Source: Pavona decussata (lineage: Eukaryota). From it: 64,000 bases of DNA. The position numbers and the translations under genes are program-made. The notes under the pieces were generated by a model that searched no databases, was not told the origin of the DNA, and saw nothing but the letters and a program-made list of their open reading frames with translations. Location: NCBI GenBank assembly GCA_977016875.1, contig CDRNST010000196.1:1426001-1490000 (forward strand), given 5' to 3'. The number at the start of each line of letters is the position of its first letter. The stretch's first letter is position 1. Shown here one piece after another: positions 63,199 to 64,000 of this stretch.

Positions 63199-64000
63199 GA
63201 ATCAGAAATTGGTCGATAAAATTGTCACGGGTAGATTGGCCCACACGATTATATTGATCCTAGTCGGGCCGATAAATAGGTAAGTGAAAAACCCTTTAGA
63301 GTTTGCTCTTTTTTATTTTATTAATTTTCTAAAGGACTCCTGTGAAACAGCATTGTGAAGGGGCTTCAATAAAATGGAATTCAGGTTAATAACTTAAAAA
63401 GTATGTTGAAGCTATGACTGATCAAAAATAGAGGCTGTATAGTACGTCAAAGGTTGTCTCCTCAAATGCCAATAATGACTTGATTACGTCACATGACGTG
63501 AATTAAGTAATGATTTCTGAAAAGAATGATACAAAATGTTAAAAGTACGGCGAAAAACTTGTCAAAACCAAACAAGTTTTGTGAAGGTTAATTTCAAAAC
63601 AGTATGGACACTAAATTTGGTGAACAACGATACTCAGACCAAAATGATGCTAAACAAATTTTAGACAGGTGGTCTTGTTTTCTTTTTTTGGAAATGCTTT
63701 CTTACGTTGGAAATAAGAACACCCTAACCTCCCAGGTTAAAACATATTAAGACATTTTTAACATCATCAGTTCATCAGCACCCTAACCGACCTACACTAC
63801 TGCATGCATATGTGACTCGTTTCGCTGTCAAGTAAAATAATAGGCCCGGTTCAAACGTTGCATTTCTGCTTTGTCGCATTGAATTCATTCGAGCTCGCCC
63901 AGTAAGTTCGCCAAACGTTCGACTGTTGATTCAGAAATCAAATTTCTCCCTCGCCAAAAAGGCATATTGAAGAGCGGCGATTTAAAATCAATGATCTACA

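Overview
AT-rich, intron-containing animal DNA. The gene content and repeat types suggest an anthozoan cnidarian, probably a stony coral (inference). I built gene models by hand from GT-AG sites and codon phase and found seven protein-coding genes. (1-2) Two tandem paralogous giant coiled-coil genes (<1-5993 and 11460-20143, +); the second has a 91-aa super-repeat made of 11-residue units. (3) An 11-coding-exon complement factor B/C2-like gene (27027-37668, +; signal-EGF-3xCCP-vWA-serine protease). Its catalytic Ser is replaced by Thr, and it carries both a factor-B-type scissile Arg and a canonical R|VVGG activation site. (4-7) A mirror-symmetric block GPCR(+) / X(-) / X'(+) / GPCR(-) at 40.1-58.7 kb. 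The two intronless class A GPCRs are about 86% identical. X and X' are small helical proteins about 25% identical, both starting with an MGxxxS myristoylation motif; the ORF track shows only their last exons. Intergenic and intronic DNA holds many MITEs (TA, TAA and 8-bp target duplications), a truncated retro-insertion with a 17-bp duplication, microsatellites, a pre-miRNA-like hairpin and a 137-nt assembly gap. No database searches were possible, so family names rest on motif recognition.
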